From an uncultured Gammaproteobacteria bacterium (GTDB lineage Bacteria > Patescibacteriota > Microgenomatia > Levybacterales > GWA1-39-11), in NCBI GenBank assembly GCA_964651815.1, contig CAZYWG010000005.1, forward strand, positions 27,053 to 91,052: a stretch of 64,000 nucleotides of DNA, written 5' to 3'. This document shows, one piece after another, positions 1 to 10,298 of the stretch. Numbering within the stretch: position 1 is the stretch's first letter; every line of letters begins with the position of its first letter. The translations under genes and the position numbers were made by a program. The notes under the pieces were generated by a model that was not told the DNA's origin, searched no databases, and worked only from the letters and a program-made list of their open reading frames with translations.

Positions 1-1
1 T

Positions 2-2041
2 TCATTTTAGTTTAAACATCAAAATTATAATTCCAAAAATCGAAATTGAACTTACAAAAAGCCCTATATTTACCAAATCCTGCGGCGAGTAATAGACGTC
101 AAATTTATAAAACCCGTCTTGAGGTATTACAAAACTATTTAACTTCTGATTCTTCGATATTGAATACTGAATACTCGATACAGAATACCCTTTAGCTCTT
201 GCTACCCATCCCGGATCGAACCCTTCTGAAAAAACTAGAACGTCCCCTTTTCTTGCGTTGTTAACTTCAACGTCGTATTTTACCGGATTAACATTTTTGT
301 AGTTAATATTAATATTCTGGTTCTGGCTCCAGAAATGGTCGCGAACCCCATTTACTTCAAAAACCACAATTTTCCCAAAGTTTTTAACTTTTTTAAGCCA
401 TTTTATTTTTTCAAAACCCTTAACATATGACGAATATACTTTCTCACTATACTTTCTATCATTTAAGAAAATCTTGCCTTGTATATCAGACGGAATGATA
501 ATATATTTGATATTCTCTTCTTCAATTTGCTTCTCGTCATTACTAATTTTCCGAGCTAAAGCGCTCTCCGAGTATAAATTGTAATAATCTTGGGCCGCAA
601 TAATAGGATGGGTTGATGAATAAAAAGAGAATTGTGTAAAATTGGGTACCCATAGGGTCCTAAAAAAATGTTTTTGATTACTCATATAGTGTGTCAAATT
701 TTGATATTCAACTGGAATTTTGGTTGTCTTAAATGTTCCACTAACTTGTCCAGCAACAGCCTGGCGAATTGTTAACACCCAAAACAAAATAAATACACAG
801 ATAAGTGCCTTTTTTAAATTTAGATTTTTAAATTTATTTGAAAATTGAAAATTAAAAATTGAAAATTCAGTATTAGATTTTAACAACTCAGATATTTCGA
901 AAAGAGTAATCGGAATCAAAACGGAATATGAAATTGCAATTATCCCATACCATTTTGTTGAATCACGAAACATTACAAATCCTGGAAATTTTTGAAAAAG
1001 AAATACATAAAATTGCCCAAAAGGATCATTTGAGCCTTTAGCTAAGAACACGCCAATAAGTGCAATGAGCGAGAAAAATATTATTTTGTTTTTTTTCTGG
1101 TGATTGCGAATTATTAATAGTACGGCAAAAGCCAAAACTGGAATTACTAAAAATTCAGGTTGCATAAAATAAACTTTCCCAAAAATATTATCCGGCCAAT
1201 TGGGATGAAGTAGTGAAATTGTATTTTCAAAAGTAGCAAAACTTAAAAATTTAACAATCCCATCATTTGTGTATGCCGCCCCCAAACTTCCTAAGGGGTT
1301 TTGTCTAAATACTGCAAACGGGAAAAGCCAAAAAAAATGGATTAAAACAGTGACTAAACCGGGTATAACAGAAAACGGTATAAAAGTTTTGAATAATTTT
1401 TTTAAAAATCCGTTTTTTAAAATAAACAGCAAATAATAAACTGCAATAAGAACTAAAGTCACATAACCAATCCGCAAATCAAAGGCAATCTGCAGGGAGA
1501 AAATGACGCCTGCAATTATCGCCGACTTCAATTTATTTTGGTTATCCAAGATATTTAAAAACCCATAGGCAACCCATGGAATCAACGCGTAACCCATTCC
1601 AACACCTATTTGCCCTCCCCCCACAATCATTAGAGAATAAGAATTTGTAGTAAATATTAAAGATGATACGAGTGCTAACAAATTATCCTTTAAAAAATGT
1701 CTTTTAAAGAAAACATATGCTCCGGAAAGAGAAACTATAAGAAACGGAATAAACCAAACTAGCTTTTCAATTATTTCCCAAGGGATATGAAAGATATTAA
1801 AAGGTATTGCGCTTGTTGCAAGAGAATATGTATTAAGCGGTAATAGAAATATTATGCTTCCACCTACGCCATTGTTAAAATTAGCATCCCAACCAAACGG
1901 GAAAGACGCAAATTCACGAATTGTCTCAGGAAATCTATATCCCCAATCGCCAGCCGATAGTGAAAACGGTAAAAACCAAGATTTGAAAATGAGGAATAAA
2001 ATTAATACAAAATAGAGATAAATAAATTTGTTAATTTTCAT
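2..2041 (-). CDS. Multi-pass membrane GT-C-like glycosyltransferase (AftD/DUF3367/YfhO-like), 679 aa
   Basis: N-terminal TM then GDW acidic motif, many TM helices, FPGFVMFRDSTKW motif shared with the 1127-aa paralog, C-terminal VFSEGFDPGW beta domain plus terminal TM; TGA stop overlaps an ATG at 3-5 of a gene leaving the window. Confidence 0.7.
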   Translation of the reverse strand: MKINKFIYLYFVLILFLIFKSWFLPFSLSAGDWGYRFPETIREFASFPFGWDANFNNGVGGSIIFLLPLNTYSLATSAIPFNIFHIPWEIIEKLVWFIPFLIVSLSGAYVFFKRHFLKDNLLALVSSLIFTTNSYSLMIVGGGQIGVGMGYALIPWVAYGFLNILDNQNKLKSAIIAGVIFSLQIAFDLRIGYVTLVLIAVYYLLFILKNGFLKKLFKTFIPFSVIPGLVTVLIHFFWLFPFAVFRQNPLGSLGAAYTNDGIVKFLSFATFENTISLLHPNWPDNIFGKVYFMQPEFLVIPVLAFAVLLIIRNHQKKNKIIFFSLIALIGVFLAKGSNDPFGQFYVFLFQKFPGFVMFRDSTKWYGIIAISYSVLIPITLFEISELLKSNTEFSIFNFQFSNKFKNLNLKKALICVFILFWVLTIRQAVAGQVSGTFKTTKIPVEYQNLTHYMSNQKHFFRTLWVPNFTQFSFYSSTHPIIAAQDYYNLYSESALARKISNDEKQIEEENIKYIIIPSDIQGKIFLNDRKYSEKVYSSYVKGFEKIKWLKKVKNFGKIVVFEVNGVRDHFWSQNQNININYKNVNPVKYDVEVNNARKGDVLVFSEGFDPGWVARAKGYSVSSIQYSISKNQKLNSFVIPQDGFYKFDVYYSPQDLVNIGLFVSSISIFGIIILMFKLK
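154..188. repeat. Five degenerate 7-bp tandem repeats inside CDS
   Basis: TCGATAT TGAATAC TGAATAC TCGATAC AGAATAC; encodes YSVSSIQYSISK. Confidence 0.8.
811..880. repeat. 7-bp periodic tandem repeat inside CDS
   Basis: TGAAAAT TGAAAAT TAAAAAT TGAAAAT at 839-866, with 2 x 14-mer TTTTTAAATTTA(GA/TT) at 811-838 and degenerate units to 880; encodes KSNTEFSIFNFQFSNKFKNLNLK. Confidence 0.85.
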
Positions 2042-2052
2042 TTGCTTAATGA

Positions 2053-2058
2053 ATTATA
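2053..2058 (-). promoter_or_regulatory. Candidate -10 box for the 679-aa gene
   Basis: TATAAT on minus strand 11 nt upstream of ATG at 2041 in the divergent intergenic region. Confidence 0.45.
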
Positions 2059-2142
2059 GTTGATTATGTAAATCTTCTGCCACAAATGAATTCTATCATT
2101 TATCTTTATACTTTTAACATTGCAAATAACGCTAATTGCTTG

Positions 2143-2151
2143 TGATATAAT
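2143..2151 (+). promoter_or_regulatory. Extended -10 promoter, probable leaderless transcript
   Basis: TGATATAAT followed by 6 nt then ATG at 2158; no room for a Shine-Dalgarno. Confidence 0.65.
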
Positions 2152-2157
2152 CTTGCA

Positions 2158-2892
2158 ATGCTTAGAGAGGTTGCTATCAAAATATATGATGATTGGGCAC
2201 ATAGTTGCGAGAATACGATATTTTCGATGCTTGAAAAAAATAAAGATGCTTCAATCCTAGATTTGGGCAGCGGTGATGGGATATTCACAAAAAAAGTTGC
2301 AAAAAAAATTGGCTCTAAAAAAATCTCGGCAATTGAAGGTTTGAAAATAAAAATAAAAGACATAGATGTTAAAATCTCAAATTTAAATCATAAATTTCCA
2401 TATCCTTCCAATTCTTTCGACGTAGTAATGAGCACATACAGCATAGAACATCTTTATAACACCCCCTTATTTATTTCAGAAACCTTCCGAGTCTTGAAAA
2501 AAGGCGGATACACAATTGTAGCAACAGATAATCTTTCGTCCTGGGCAAATATAATTTCATTAATTTTAGGGTTTCAGGCTTTTTCAACGGCCTACTTAAT
2601 AAAAGGTAAGACTGTTGGAAATCCATTCGCAATCAGGTCCGAAGGGTTGGTAACTGATGGAGCAGCGCCAGATCCTAATTTTTCAAAAGAATGGAGAGAA
2701 ACCGGTGAATTTGGACATAACAAAGTTCTTTCATTTAGGGGTTTAGTTGATTCTTACAAAACACTTGGATTTAGGATAGAAAAAGTCAAAGGCGTAGGAT
2801 ACTTGCCCTTTAAAGGGGTGCTTTCAAAAACTTTTTCCCTAATTGATTCAAGACACTCTCACTTATTAGTTATGAAAGCAAGAAAAGTTTAA
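2158..2892 (+). CDS. Class I SAM-dependent methyltransferase
   Basis: ILDLGSGDG motif I, FPYPSNSFDVV, IEHL, RVLKKGG; paralog of 17465..18187. Confidence 0.9.
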   Translation: MLREVAIKIYDDWAHSCENTIFSMLEKNKDASILDLGSGDGIFTKKVAKKIGSKKISAIEGLKIKIKDIDVKISNLNHKFPYPSNSFDVVMSTYSIEHLYNTPLFISETFRVLKKGGYTIVATDNLSSWANIISLILGFQAFSTAYLIKGKTVGNPFAIRSEGLVTDGAAPDPNFSKEWRETGEFGHNKVLSFRGLVDSYKTLGFRIEKVKGVGYLPFKGVLSKTFSLIDSRHSHLLVMKARKV

Positions 2893-2898
2893 AAATTT

Positions 2899-4551
2899 TT
2901 ACAATTCTTGTCTAACTTTTTTAGAAATGTCCTTGACACTAAAATCTTGCTCATTATATTCAAGAGCAATAACAACACCACTTGATAATTTGTTTTCCTT
3001 CAAAACGTTTTTTAATAAGCCAATATCCGTGAAATAACCAAAACTCCTATCGCCTATCCTTCTGTACCCTTGTGAGTTAAGGTTCAATAAAAAGTCGTGG
3101 TTTAAAAACTTTCCCCATGTCGTTTCATTCCCAACAGAATATTTAACTAAAATATTCCAACCCGCTCCAGAACTAAAAGGTAACACCCAGTCCGGAGATA
3201 AACCAAATTCACTGTTGCGATAACACTTAACTTTGCACACAATATAAAAAATCGTGTTATTCGGAATGCTTGGATGAACTGCTTTGACATTGTTTAAAAA
3301 TGTGCGTCTTGCATATCCGCCGGTAACTTTATATTTTACTGCGGCTTGAATCTGTGAATATGAAGAATAAAAAAGTAGAACTAAAATAATTACTGCTACC
3401 ACTTTCTTAAATTTGTCCGCAACTTTAAATTTTCCGCTCGAAGAAAAAAGAAAGACTATGAATAAAGATGTAAAAAATAAAACAGGAACACTTGATAAAT
3501 ACAGATACCTTTCATCAACTATGTTTAAGTTCCTACCAGCAAATGAAAGTATTATGGCATTTAATAATATCCAACAAGAAAAGAAAATAATATATTTCAA
3601 CTTATCTTTGTTTTTCCAAAAAAACATTGATGCTGCAAATATCCATACAATTACACTGAAAAGGGAAATAAATGCCAAATCCATAAATACAGGATAGGCT
3701 TGTACAAATGAGACAGATATGCTCGGGTATGCCCAGGAAGTTTTATTAATTAGTAAATTAAAAACACCTGCAGCACTTATTAAGTTTTGTACAACAAGTT
3801 TTATTGGTAAACTCAATAAATTATAGATAACTGAGTTAAAATCAAAGCTTGATTCTTTAGGAATTGGGTCAATATTAAAAGCCTGAGAGACAACTCTAAT
3901 TATGAGAAACAAAAAAAGTCCTACAGCCAAATACATAAATGCTTTAATATTTCTTCCATTTAATTTCTCTCTATCGAAAGTCAGTAAATATACAACAAGT
4001 AAAGGCACTATAATAAAACCGTCTTCTCTAAATAACACCGAGCATAAAAACAAGCCGAAGAGAATAAATATATTCTTTATTGCAAAATATTTTTCCTTTA
4101 TACTCGCCAGATATATAAAAAATAAAACTATAAAAATGAAAGAACTTATGGTTGTCGAAAATATCGCTAAATGCATAAATGCTTCATAAGCTCTCCCATT
4201 GGTAGCAAAAAGAGTTGCCGTCAAAAATCCAATTCTATTATTTTTGCTGATTTTTGAGGTAAAAATAAAAACGAGTAACGTAGCTAAGGCATGCATCAAG
4301 AGCTCAATAAGAACATAATACTGTGAGTTCAATACAAAAACCTTATAAAGAATTAACCAAAAATAAAGTCCCAGGGGATTAAAATGGACGCCTTTACTAA
4401 TTAAGAATATCCACCAGGGTTGATTGTATGAATATATTATGTCGCCAAAAGCCCCCCATTCATCCTGCTGAAAAAAATTACCAAACAGACCATGAGTAAA
4501 GAATAAAATAATGGCGAAAAATAAAATGAAGTACAAAATATATTTCTTCAT
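2899..4551 (-). CDS. Multi-pass membrane protein, probable GT-C glycosyltransferase
   Basis: TM1 followed by QQDEW, many TM helices, ERYLY motif, soluble C-terminal domain. Confidence 0.65.
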   Translation of the reverse strand: MKKYILYFILFFAIILFFTHGLFGNFFQQDEWGAFGDIIYSYNQPWWIFLISKGVHFNPLGLYFWLILYKVFVLNSQYYVLIELLMHALATLLVFIFTSKISKNNRIGFLTATLFATNGRAYEAFMHLAIFSTTISSFIFIVLFFIYLASIKEKYFAIKNIFILFGLFLCSVLFREDGFIIVPLLVVYLLTFDREKLNGRNIKAFMYLAVGLFLFLIIRVVSQAFNIDPIPKESSFDFNSVIYNLLSLPIKLVVQNLISAAGVFNLLINKTSWAYPSISVSFVQAYPVFMDLAFISLFSVIVWIFAASMFFWKNKDKLKYIIFFSCWILLNAIILSFAGRNLNIVDERYLYLSSVPVLFFTSLFIVFLFSSSGKFKVADKFKKVVAVIILVLLFYSSYSQIQAAVKYKVTGGYARRTFLNNVKAVHPSIPNNTIFYIVCKVKCYRNSEFGLSPDWVLPFSSGAGWNILVKYSVGNETTWGKFLNHDFLLNLNSQGYRRIGDRSFGYFTDIGLLKNVLKENKLSSGVVIALEYNEQDFSVKDISKKVRQEL

Positions 4552-4554
4552 TAT

Positions 4555-6357
4555 TTAGTGAAAAAGGAAATCTTTAAAAATATTCTTTTTTGACTTTTGT
4601 TTTTTTATCATTTCTAACTTTTTTTTATACTTCGTAGCAATTTTCAAGTTGGTTTCGATACTAACCAAAAAATTACCGATTGCAAGATAATCTACTCCGG
4701 AGCTTAAAAAAGACCTCACAGCATCGTTAGGCGTACAGACAATTGGCTCTTCGTGCATATTAAAACTTGTATTAACAAGGCTTGGTATCCCTGTTATTTT
4801 GTAATACTCGGAAAGTATTTTGTAATAATTTGGATTATCCTTTTCTCGTAAAATCTGCGGCCTTGCTGTCCCGTCAACGTGAACTACAGCAGGGCTTACT
4901 TTTTTCATAAAAGGCGTGCATTCAAAAGTAATTGTCATAAACCTTGAAGAATATTCCGCCCCTTTTAAATCCTTAAAACACTTAGATGCAAATTTGTCTA
5001 GAGTGACCGGCGCAAACGGCATAAATTCAGTCCGTTTAAGTCGCTTATTAAGCCAATCGTTAGCTGTTTTATCGCGAGTATGATAAAGAATTGACCTATT
5101 CCCGAGTGCTCTCGGACCATATTCCATACGTCCTGCGAACCTTGCAACAATTTTTCCTGAAGAAATAAGTTCTGCAACTTTTGTTTCAATAATTTTCTCT
5201 CTTTTATATTTCAATTTATAAGAATCCAGAGTTTTTTTAATTTGCTCGCTTGTAAAATCTGGTCCAAAATAAACGTTTTGAGGTAGTTCTATTTTTTCCC
5301 CATTTGTGTATGCTGAATGAAGAGCTGCACCAAGCGCAAGTCCATCATCCCCCATTGCTTGGTGAATATAAATGTCACTAATTTCTTTCATCTCATGAAT
5401 TCTTTGATTAGCTTTAACGTTTGCGGCAACGCCACCCGCTAGCGCAATCTTATGTTCCCCCGTCTTCTTAACTGCATATTTAACAATTTCAACAAGACAG
5501 TCCTCAAGTCTTTTTTGAAATGCCGCTGCAATATCTTCCCGCTTAAACGGAGCAAGCTCTTCTGGAAGTTTTTTATTTACCAAATAAAAAGCGAGAAGCT
5601 TTAGGTATTTTTTGTGATTTAGTATAACTTTATCTTTTTTAATCCAAAGTAAATCCTCTGTGAATTTATAAAGTTTTCTAGGATCGCCATATGCTGACAA
5701 TCCGGTTATTTTTCCAGGATGTCTGTGCCGATCAAACCCCAAAATTTCTGTTACAATTTCATAAAATTTCCCCATGGAATTAGGGAGTTTGCTTTCAACT
5801 ATTTTTTCCCACTTGCCGCGTTTGACATGATGAATTGTGACAGTTTCAGTGAACCCCGAACCTTCATTAGCCATCACAAGACACTCATCCCAAGAAGACA
5901 GATAATAAGCCGCGTGCATATGTGCACTATGATGATGGTCAAAATCAATTTTCCCATTGAAACCCGCGAGTAATTTATCAACTTTATTTTTTGAAAAAAT
6001 AAATCTATATATATATGAAGGAAAACCGGACGCAATAAACAACTCTGCTAAAATCAGGAAGGGTTTCTTGAGCCAAAGCAAATACTCGCCTCCGGTTGAG
6101 GAGATTGGCCATATATTTTCTTTAAAATTCAACCACAAAGTACCAGGAAATGGGTCTTCAACGTAGGTTACAATATCTATGTCTTTTGGCTTAACTCCGG
6201 TATATTCAAAAAAATTCTTCAAAGCCCCAAGCGGAGCGTTTCTATCCATCTTTACCCTGGAAAAACGCTCATTTGAGGCAGCATATATTATTTTTCCATT
6301 CTCAACATATGCAACAGATGTATCATGCGTTCTTATATGTATACCCAATATTTTCAT
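4555..6357 (-). CDS. O-carbamoyltransferase (NodU/CmcH/TobZ family)
   Basis: THDTS, ERFSRVK, HHHSAH, LAGGVAANV, MGDDGLALG, EYGPRALGNRS, FMPFAP, HVDGTARPQ, NTSFNMHEEPIV. Confidence 0.95.
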   Translation of the reverse strand: MKILGIHIRTHDTSVAYVENGKIIYAASNERFSRVKMDRNAPLGALKNFFEYTGVKPKDIDIVTYVEDPFPGTLWLNFKENIWPISSTGGEYLLWLKKPFLILAELFIASGFPSYIYRFIFSKNKVDKLLAGFNGKIDFDHHHSAHMHAAYYLSSWDECLVMANEGSGFTETVTIHHVKRGKWEKIVESKLPNSMGKFYEIVTEILGFDRHRHPGKITGLSAYGDPRKLYKFTEDLLWIKKDKVILNHKKYLKLLAFYLVNKKLPEELAPFKREDIAAAFQKRLEDCLVEIVKYAVKKTGEHKIALAGGVAANVKANQRIHEMKEISDIYIHQAMGDDGLALGAALHSAYTNGEKIELPQNVYFGPDFTSEQIKKTLDSYKLKYKREKIIETKVAELISSGKIVARFAGRMEYGPRALGNRSILYHTRDKTANDWLNKRLKRTEFMPFAPVTLDKFASKCFKDLKGAEYSSRFMTITFECTPFMKKVSPAVVHVDGTARPQILREKDNPNYYKILSEYYKITGIPSLVNTSFNMHEEPIVCTPNDAVRSFLSSGVDYLAIGNFLVSIETNLKIATKYKKKLEMIKKQKSKKNIFKDFLFH

Positions 6358-6358
6358 G

Positions 6359-7567
6359 TTAGTTCTTTAAAACGTGTCGATATAATTCATAATGTTTTTT
6401 TGCAATTATACTCCAATACCTGTTTGATGCAGACTTTCTGAGAGACTTTTTTGTTCTTTCATAAAAGTCATTATCTTCAATTAACTTTTGAAGTTTGCCT
6501 TTGAATGAAGAGGACTCTTGAAGGTCAAATAACAAACCAAAATTATTATCCATTACTTCCTGCGCAAGCGGCTTCACGTCAGCAACAAGTAATGGTTTTC
6601 CATATGCTAAAACAACTGATAAAACGCCACTTGTGTTGAATGAATATACTGCCGTGATAACACATATTTTAGCCATTCTATAGAGTTCATTTACTCCTTC
6701 TGCATCAACAAATCCTGTGATTAATACTGAGTTTTCAATTTTTTTCTTTTTTATCAGTTTCTGTATCTTATTTTTATATTGAACAAATTCGGGCATAACG
6801 TCTCCTGCCAGAACCATTACCCACTCTTTTTTTAGCTTAGGATCTTCAAATACACGAGTTAAAGAATCAATTAATAACTCGTAGCCTTTTCTGGGAGAAA
6901 AATATCCAAAAGACAAAATAATTTTTTTACCTTTAAGAATTGGAAATTGTTTAAACATATTTGGATTTTTCGGTAAAGAATCTCTGTCAGAAATTTCTCT
7001 AATACCATGTGCAATAGTTATTATCTTAGTTGTATTACCAGCATATTCCTCTACGAGTCTTGTTTTTAAAAGATCAGTATGAACTGTTACCTCATTTGAA
7101 AAAAAAACGATTAATTTATAAATACTAATAAGGAAAAGTTTCACTAAAAAACTATTCAAAAAGTTATCTTTTAGGCCAAACCCTTCTAAAAAACTTTTGT
7201 CTATTTGTTTTTTTGATACAACAGTATGAATAGTGACTACAACTTTAAATCCGGTCAGTCTTAGCAGCGAAATTAACCACGGAAAAAGAGCTGCAGAAAT
7301 TACTCCCCCATAAGTCTTGAATTCATGTTGCAAGTGAACCAAATTGGGTTTCTTTTTCAATATATATAAATAGATAGGAATAAAAGAAAAAGACCCCTTT
7401 AACCATACCAAATCCACGCCAGGAAGCTTACCATCAGTTACGGGTTCATTTTTCCTACCACAAAGAAATAACTCATCACGAGGCTTCATAACCTTAATAA
7501 ATCCCTGGCTTAAATCTCGAGTATAATTGGTATCTGGTAGAAAATTTGCAACAAAAACAACTTTCAT
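6359..7567 (-). CDS. Glycosyltransferase family 4
   Basis: HLQHEF, FGYFSPRKG, SGVLSVVLAYGKP GT-B motifs. Confidence 0.85.
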   Translation of the reverse strand: MKVVFVANFLPDTNYTRDLSQGFIKVMKPRDELFLCGRKNEPVTDGKLPGVDLVWLKGSFSFIPIYLYILKKKPNLVHLQHEFKTYGGVISAALFPWLISLLRLTGFKVVVTIHTVVSKKQIDKSFLEGFGLKDNFLNSFLVKLFLISIYKLIVFFSNEVTVHTDLLKTRLVEEYAGNTTKIITIAHGIREISDRDSLPKNPNMFKQFPILKGKKIILSFGYFSPRKGYELLIDSLTRVFEDPKLKKEWVMVLAGDVMPEFVQYKNKIQKLIKKKKIENSVLITGFVDAEGVNELYRMAKICVITAVYSFNTSGVLSVVLAYGKPLLVADVKPLAQEVMDNNFGLLFDLQESSSFKGKLQKLIEDNDFYERTKKSLRKSASNRYWSIIAKKHYELYRHVLKN

Positions 7568-8601
7568 TCTTTCATCCTCTCACTTTTAATATAAGTTAGA
7601 ACTTTTCTAAAACCGTCCACGTTTGAAATTTTTGGCTTCCAACCGAGTTTTTTAATCTTTGAAATATCAGCATACCTTGATGCAACTCCCACAGGCTTAT
7701 TAACTAAGGGGGCGATTTTAGGGTTGTATCCTTCAATCTTAGCCATAATTTTTATAACATCCAAAAAACTTGTTAACTTTCCACTTCCAATGTTACAAGC
7801 AGATCCGTCCTTAATATTTTTCATGATCACAAAAAAAGCTTCAATGCAGTCATCTATATGGACAAAATCCCGCCCTTGTTTTCCTGTCCCCCAGACAGTA
7901 AGTGGGTTTTCTTGTCTTACAACTCTTCTCGCAATTGCGGGTATTGGATATGAAAAATCCTGGTCTTCACCGTAACCTGAAAACGGCCTAACGCATGCAA
8001 TTGGAATTTTATATCTTTCCGCGGCAAGATTACTTAAATATTCCCCAGTTAACTTACTCCATCCGTATGTCATATCCGGAATTCCGGTATAAGTTGCAAA
8101 GTCAATAAAATTTTCTTTCAGAGCTTTGTGATTTTTTTTCTTTTGTAAAGTAATTGGGTATGCGGCACTTGAACTTGCGTACATGACAGACCCAACATCT
8201 CTACTCCGTCTAGTCAGCCAGTGGAAAAATATAGAATCAATTGCCAAATCCCTGGCAACTAGAATGGGGTCCCCGTCTATTAATTCTCGCCCTCCAACAA
8301 TTGATGCAAGATGAAAGATTTTTTTAAATGAAGGGAGCGTTTGTTTTTTAATTTCTTCATTAAATACTTCAATTGCGTCTTTCAGAATGAAATGAATTTT
8401 TTTACCTTGGCTATCATAACTAACATAGTTTTTACTTATCCTATTTTTTTTGAATGATTTCCCTAACCAGATGTCTGGGTGCTTTCCAATAGACAAATCA
8501 TCAATTACCCAGATCTCGCCGGAACTAATTTTTTTTATAAGGTTTCTTCCTACAAACCCGCACCCTCCTGTTATTAAGAATACTTTTTTGCCGGCTTTCA
8601 T
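7564..8601 (-). CDS. NAD-dependent nucleotide-sugar epimerase/dehydratase (extended SDR)
   Basis: TGGCGFVG, SSSAAY, YGWSK, RDFVHIDD. Confidence 0.9.
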   Translation of the reverse strand: MKAGKKVFLITGGCGFVGRNLIKKISSGEIWVIDDLSIGKHPDIWLGKSFKKNRISKNYVSYDSQGKKIHFILKDAIEVFNEEIKKQTLPSFKKIFHLASIVGGRELIDGDPILVARDLAIDSIFFHWLTRRSRDVGSVMYASSSAAYPITLQKKKNHKALKENFIDFATYTGIPDMTYGWSKLTGEYLSNLAAERYKIPIACVRPFSGYGEDQDFSYPIPAIARRVVRQENPLTVWGTGKQGRDFVHIDDCIEAFFVIMKNIKDGSACNIGSGKLTSFLDVIKIMAKIEGYNPKIAPLVNKPVGVASRYADISKIKKLGWKPKISNVDGFRKVLTYIKSERMKE

Positions 8602-9692
8602 TTGATAAATAAATTCTGGTTTAAATTACTGAACTTTTTTCGCCCGTTCAAAAAATAATCAAACACAATACTACGTTTATACAAGGGATATGGGGGACGA
8701 ATTTTATTTCCCAATTTTAAAGAAATATGCTTTCTCCTATTTAAGACATGTGGAATAAGAGAGATAACTCTCATATGAGCCAAAACAACCATTAATGCAT
8801 TCACAAAAATCTTGTTGTCAATAATGTAATACCCAATTGCTACATAATCTAACATTATTCTGAATGGTAGATAAAGAATAAGCTCTCGTGGCGTAAGATT
8901 CTTAAGTATTAACAACAAGTGGTTCCTATGATGTAGATAAATCTTTTTATACTTAAACTTGCTCATTGTTCCTGAACCATAATGATAAACAACAGAAGTT
9001 GGAATAAAAGTCAATCTGTATCCATAGAAATTCATCCTCCAACACATATCTACTTCCTCGCCATATATAAAAAATATATCATCCAATACTCCCACTTTTT
9101 TTACTACTTCATACTTAGTTACCATACACGCACCAGAACACCATGCCAAATCAACCTGAGAATCATATTGCCCGCGATCTTTTTCGCACACAAAAAAAAC
9201 TCTTCCTCTTGCAAAAGGAAATCCATACATATCCATAAAACCTCCGGCTGCCCCAGCATAATCAAAGTATTTTCTATTTCTATTACTTTTTATTTTTGGT
9301 TGACATGCACCTACGTCGGGATTATTTTCCATATAACTAATAATTGGCTGCAACCATTTTTTAGATACAATCACATCATCATTCAAAAAAACAATATAAC
9401 CTGATTTAATTTTCCCAAGTGCGAAGTTACACCCGCCGGCAAACCCTTTATTCTTTTTTAACCTGTAAAAATTTGCATTTTTAAGCATTTTGTATTTGTC
9501 ATAAAATTTTTTGTATCCATCAGGTTTTGAATTATTATCAACAAAAAAAAATTTTAAATTTGGATACCCACATTTAAGCATCGCTTCAATACACTCACCT
9601 ACAAAATCAAATTGGTTGTATGTGAGAATTATTACATTTACAAGAGGGCTTTTGCTTTTTGGTTTCTCTTTTTTGAGATTCGTGGTTTTCAT
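8598..9692 (-). CDS. Glycosyltransferase family 2 (WbbL/GT2-like)
   Basis: VDNNS, GFAGGCN, FLNDD, SGACM, YGEEVDMCWR. Confidence 0.9.
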   Translation of the reverse strand: MKTTNLKKEKPKSKSPLVNVIILTYNQFDFVGECIEAMLKCGYPNLKFFFVDNNSKPDGYKKFYDKYKMLKNANFYRLKKNKGFAGGCNFALGKIKSGYIVFLNDDVIVSKKWLQPIISYMENNPDVGACQPKIKSNRNRKYFDYAGAAGGFMDMYGFPFARGRVFFVCEKDRGQYDSQVDLAWCSGACMVTKYEVVKKVGVLDDIFFIYGEEVDMCWRMNFYGYRLTFIPTSVVYHYGSGTMSKFKYKKIYLHHRNHLLLILKNLTPRELILYLPFRIMLDYVAIGYYIIDNKIFVNALMVVLAHMRVISLIPHVLNRRKHISLKLGNKIRPPYPLYKRSIVFDYFLNGRKKFSNLNQNLFIK

Positions 9693-9695
9693 ACA

Positions 9696-10298
9696 TTAAT
9701 CTTCAGTGATTTTTTTTACCACTCTTGCCGGATTTCCAACAACAATCGAATTTGGAGGAACGCTTTTCGTCACAATGGATCCGGCACCAACAACTGCTCC
9801 GTCACCTACAGAAACGCCGGGTAAAATTACAACGTGCGATCCTACCCAAACGTTTTTACCTATTGTGACTGGTTTGCTTGTATACCCTTTTTTATCAGAC
9901 AAGAGGTGGCTGTATTTTTCATGAGGAATTTTATGATTGAAGTCAGTAATAAATACATTTGGAGAAATCAAAGTATTGTCTCCAATTCGTAAAGTTTCAT
10001 GGGCAAAAATAAAAGTATAATCATGGATGTAAACATTATTTCCTATTAATATCTTCCCTTCAAATCCGGCTTTTAATCTTGCGCCATCCCCAATAAATGA
10101 ATTTTTACCTATACTAATTGAGTTTTTGACACTTTGAAAAATAATAACGTTTTTACCCAAAATTACCGAATATTCTAAGTTGTAATTTCTCAACCTTAGA
10201 AATAGAATTCGGACAATTGAAACCACTTTAGTCGAAATAATCATATTAATCTGGTATACGAATTCTACTAAACCTTTGTCTTTTAATTTTTTTAGCAT
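9696..10298 (-). CDS. Hexapeptide-repeat O-acyltransferase
   Basis: IGKNVWVGSHVVILPGVSVGDGAVVGAGSIVTKSVP and GNPARVV left-handed beta-helix. Confidence 0.9.
   Translation of the reverse strand: MLKKLKDKGLVEFVYQINMIISTKVVSIVRILFLRLRNYNLEYSVILGKNVIIFQSVKNSISIGKNSFIGDGARLKAGFEGKILIGNNVYIHDYTFIFAHETLRIGDNTLISPNVFITDFNHKIPHEKYSHLLSDKKGYTSKPVTIGKNVWVGSHVVILPGVSVGDGAVVGAGSIVTKSVPPNSIVVGNPARVVKKITED

Noticed and set aside
811-880. CRISPR array or IS ends
   Set aside because: Repeats are 7-bp tandem units with no spacers; no cas or transposase ORF in the window
2893-2898. Intrinsic terminators at the convergent junctions (also 52527)
   Set aside because: Gaps are 6 nt and 1 nt with no GC-rich hairpin plus U-tract visible
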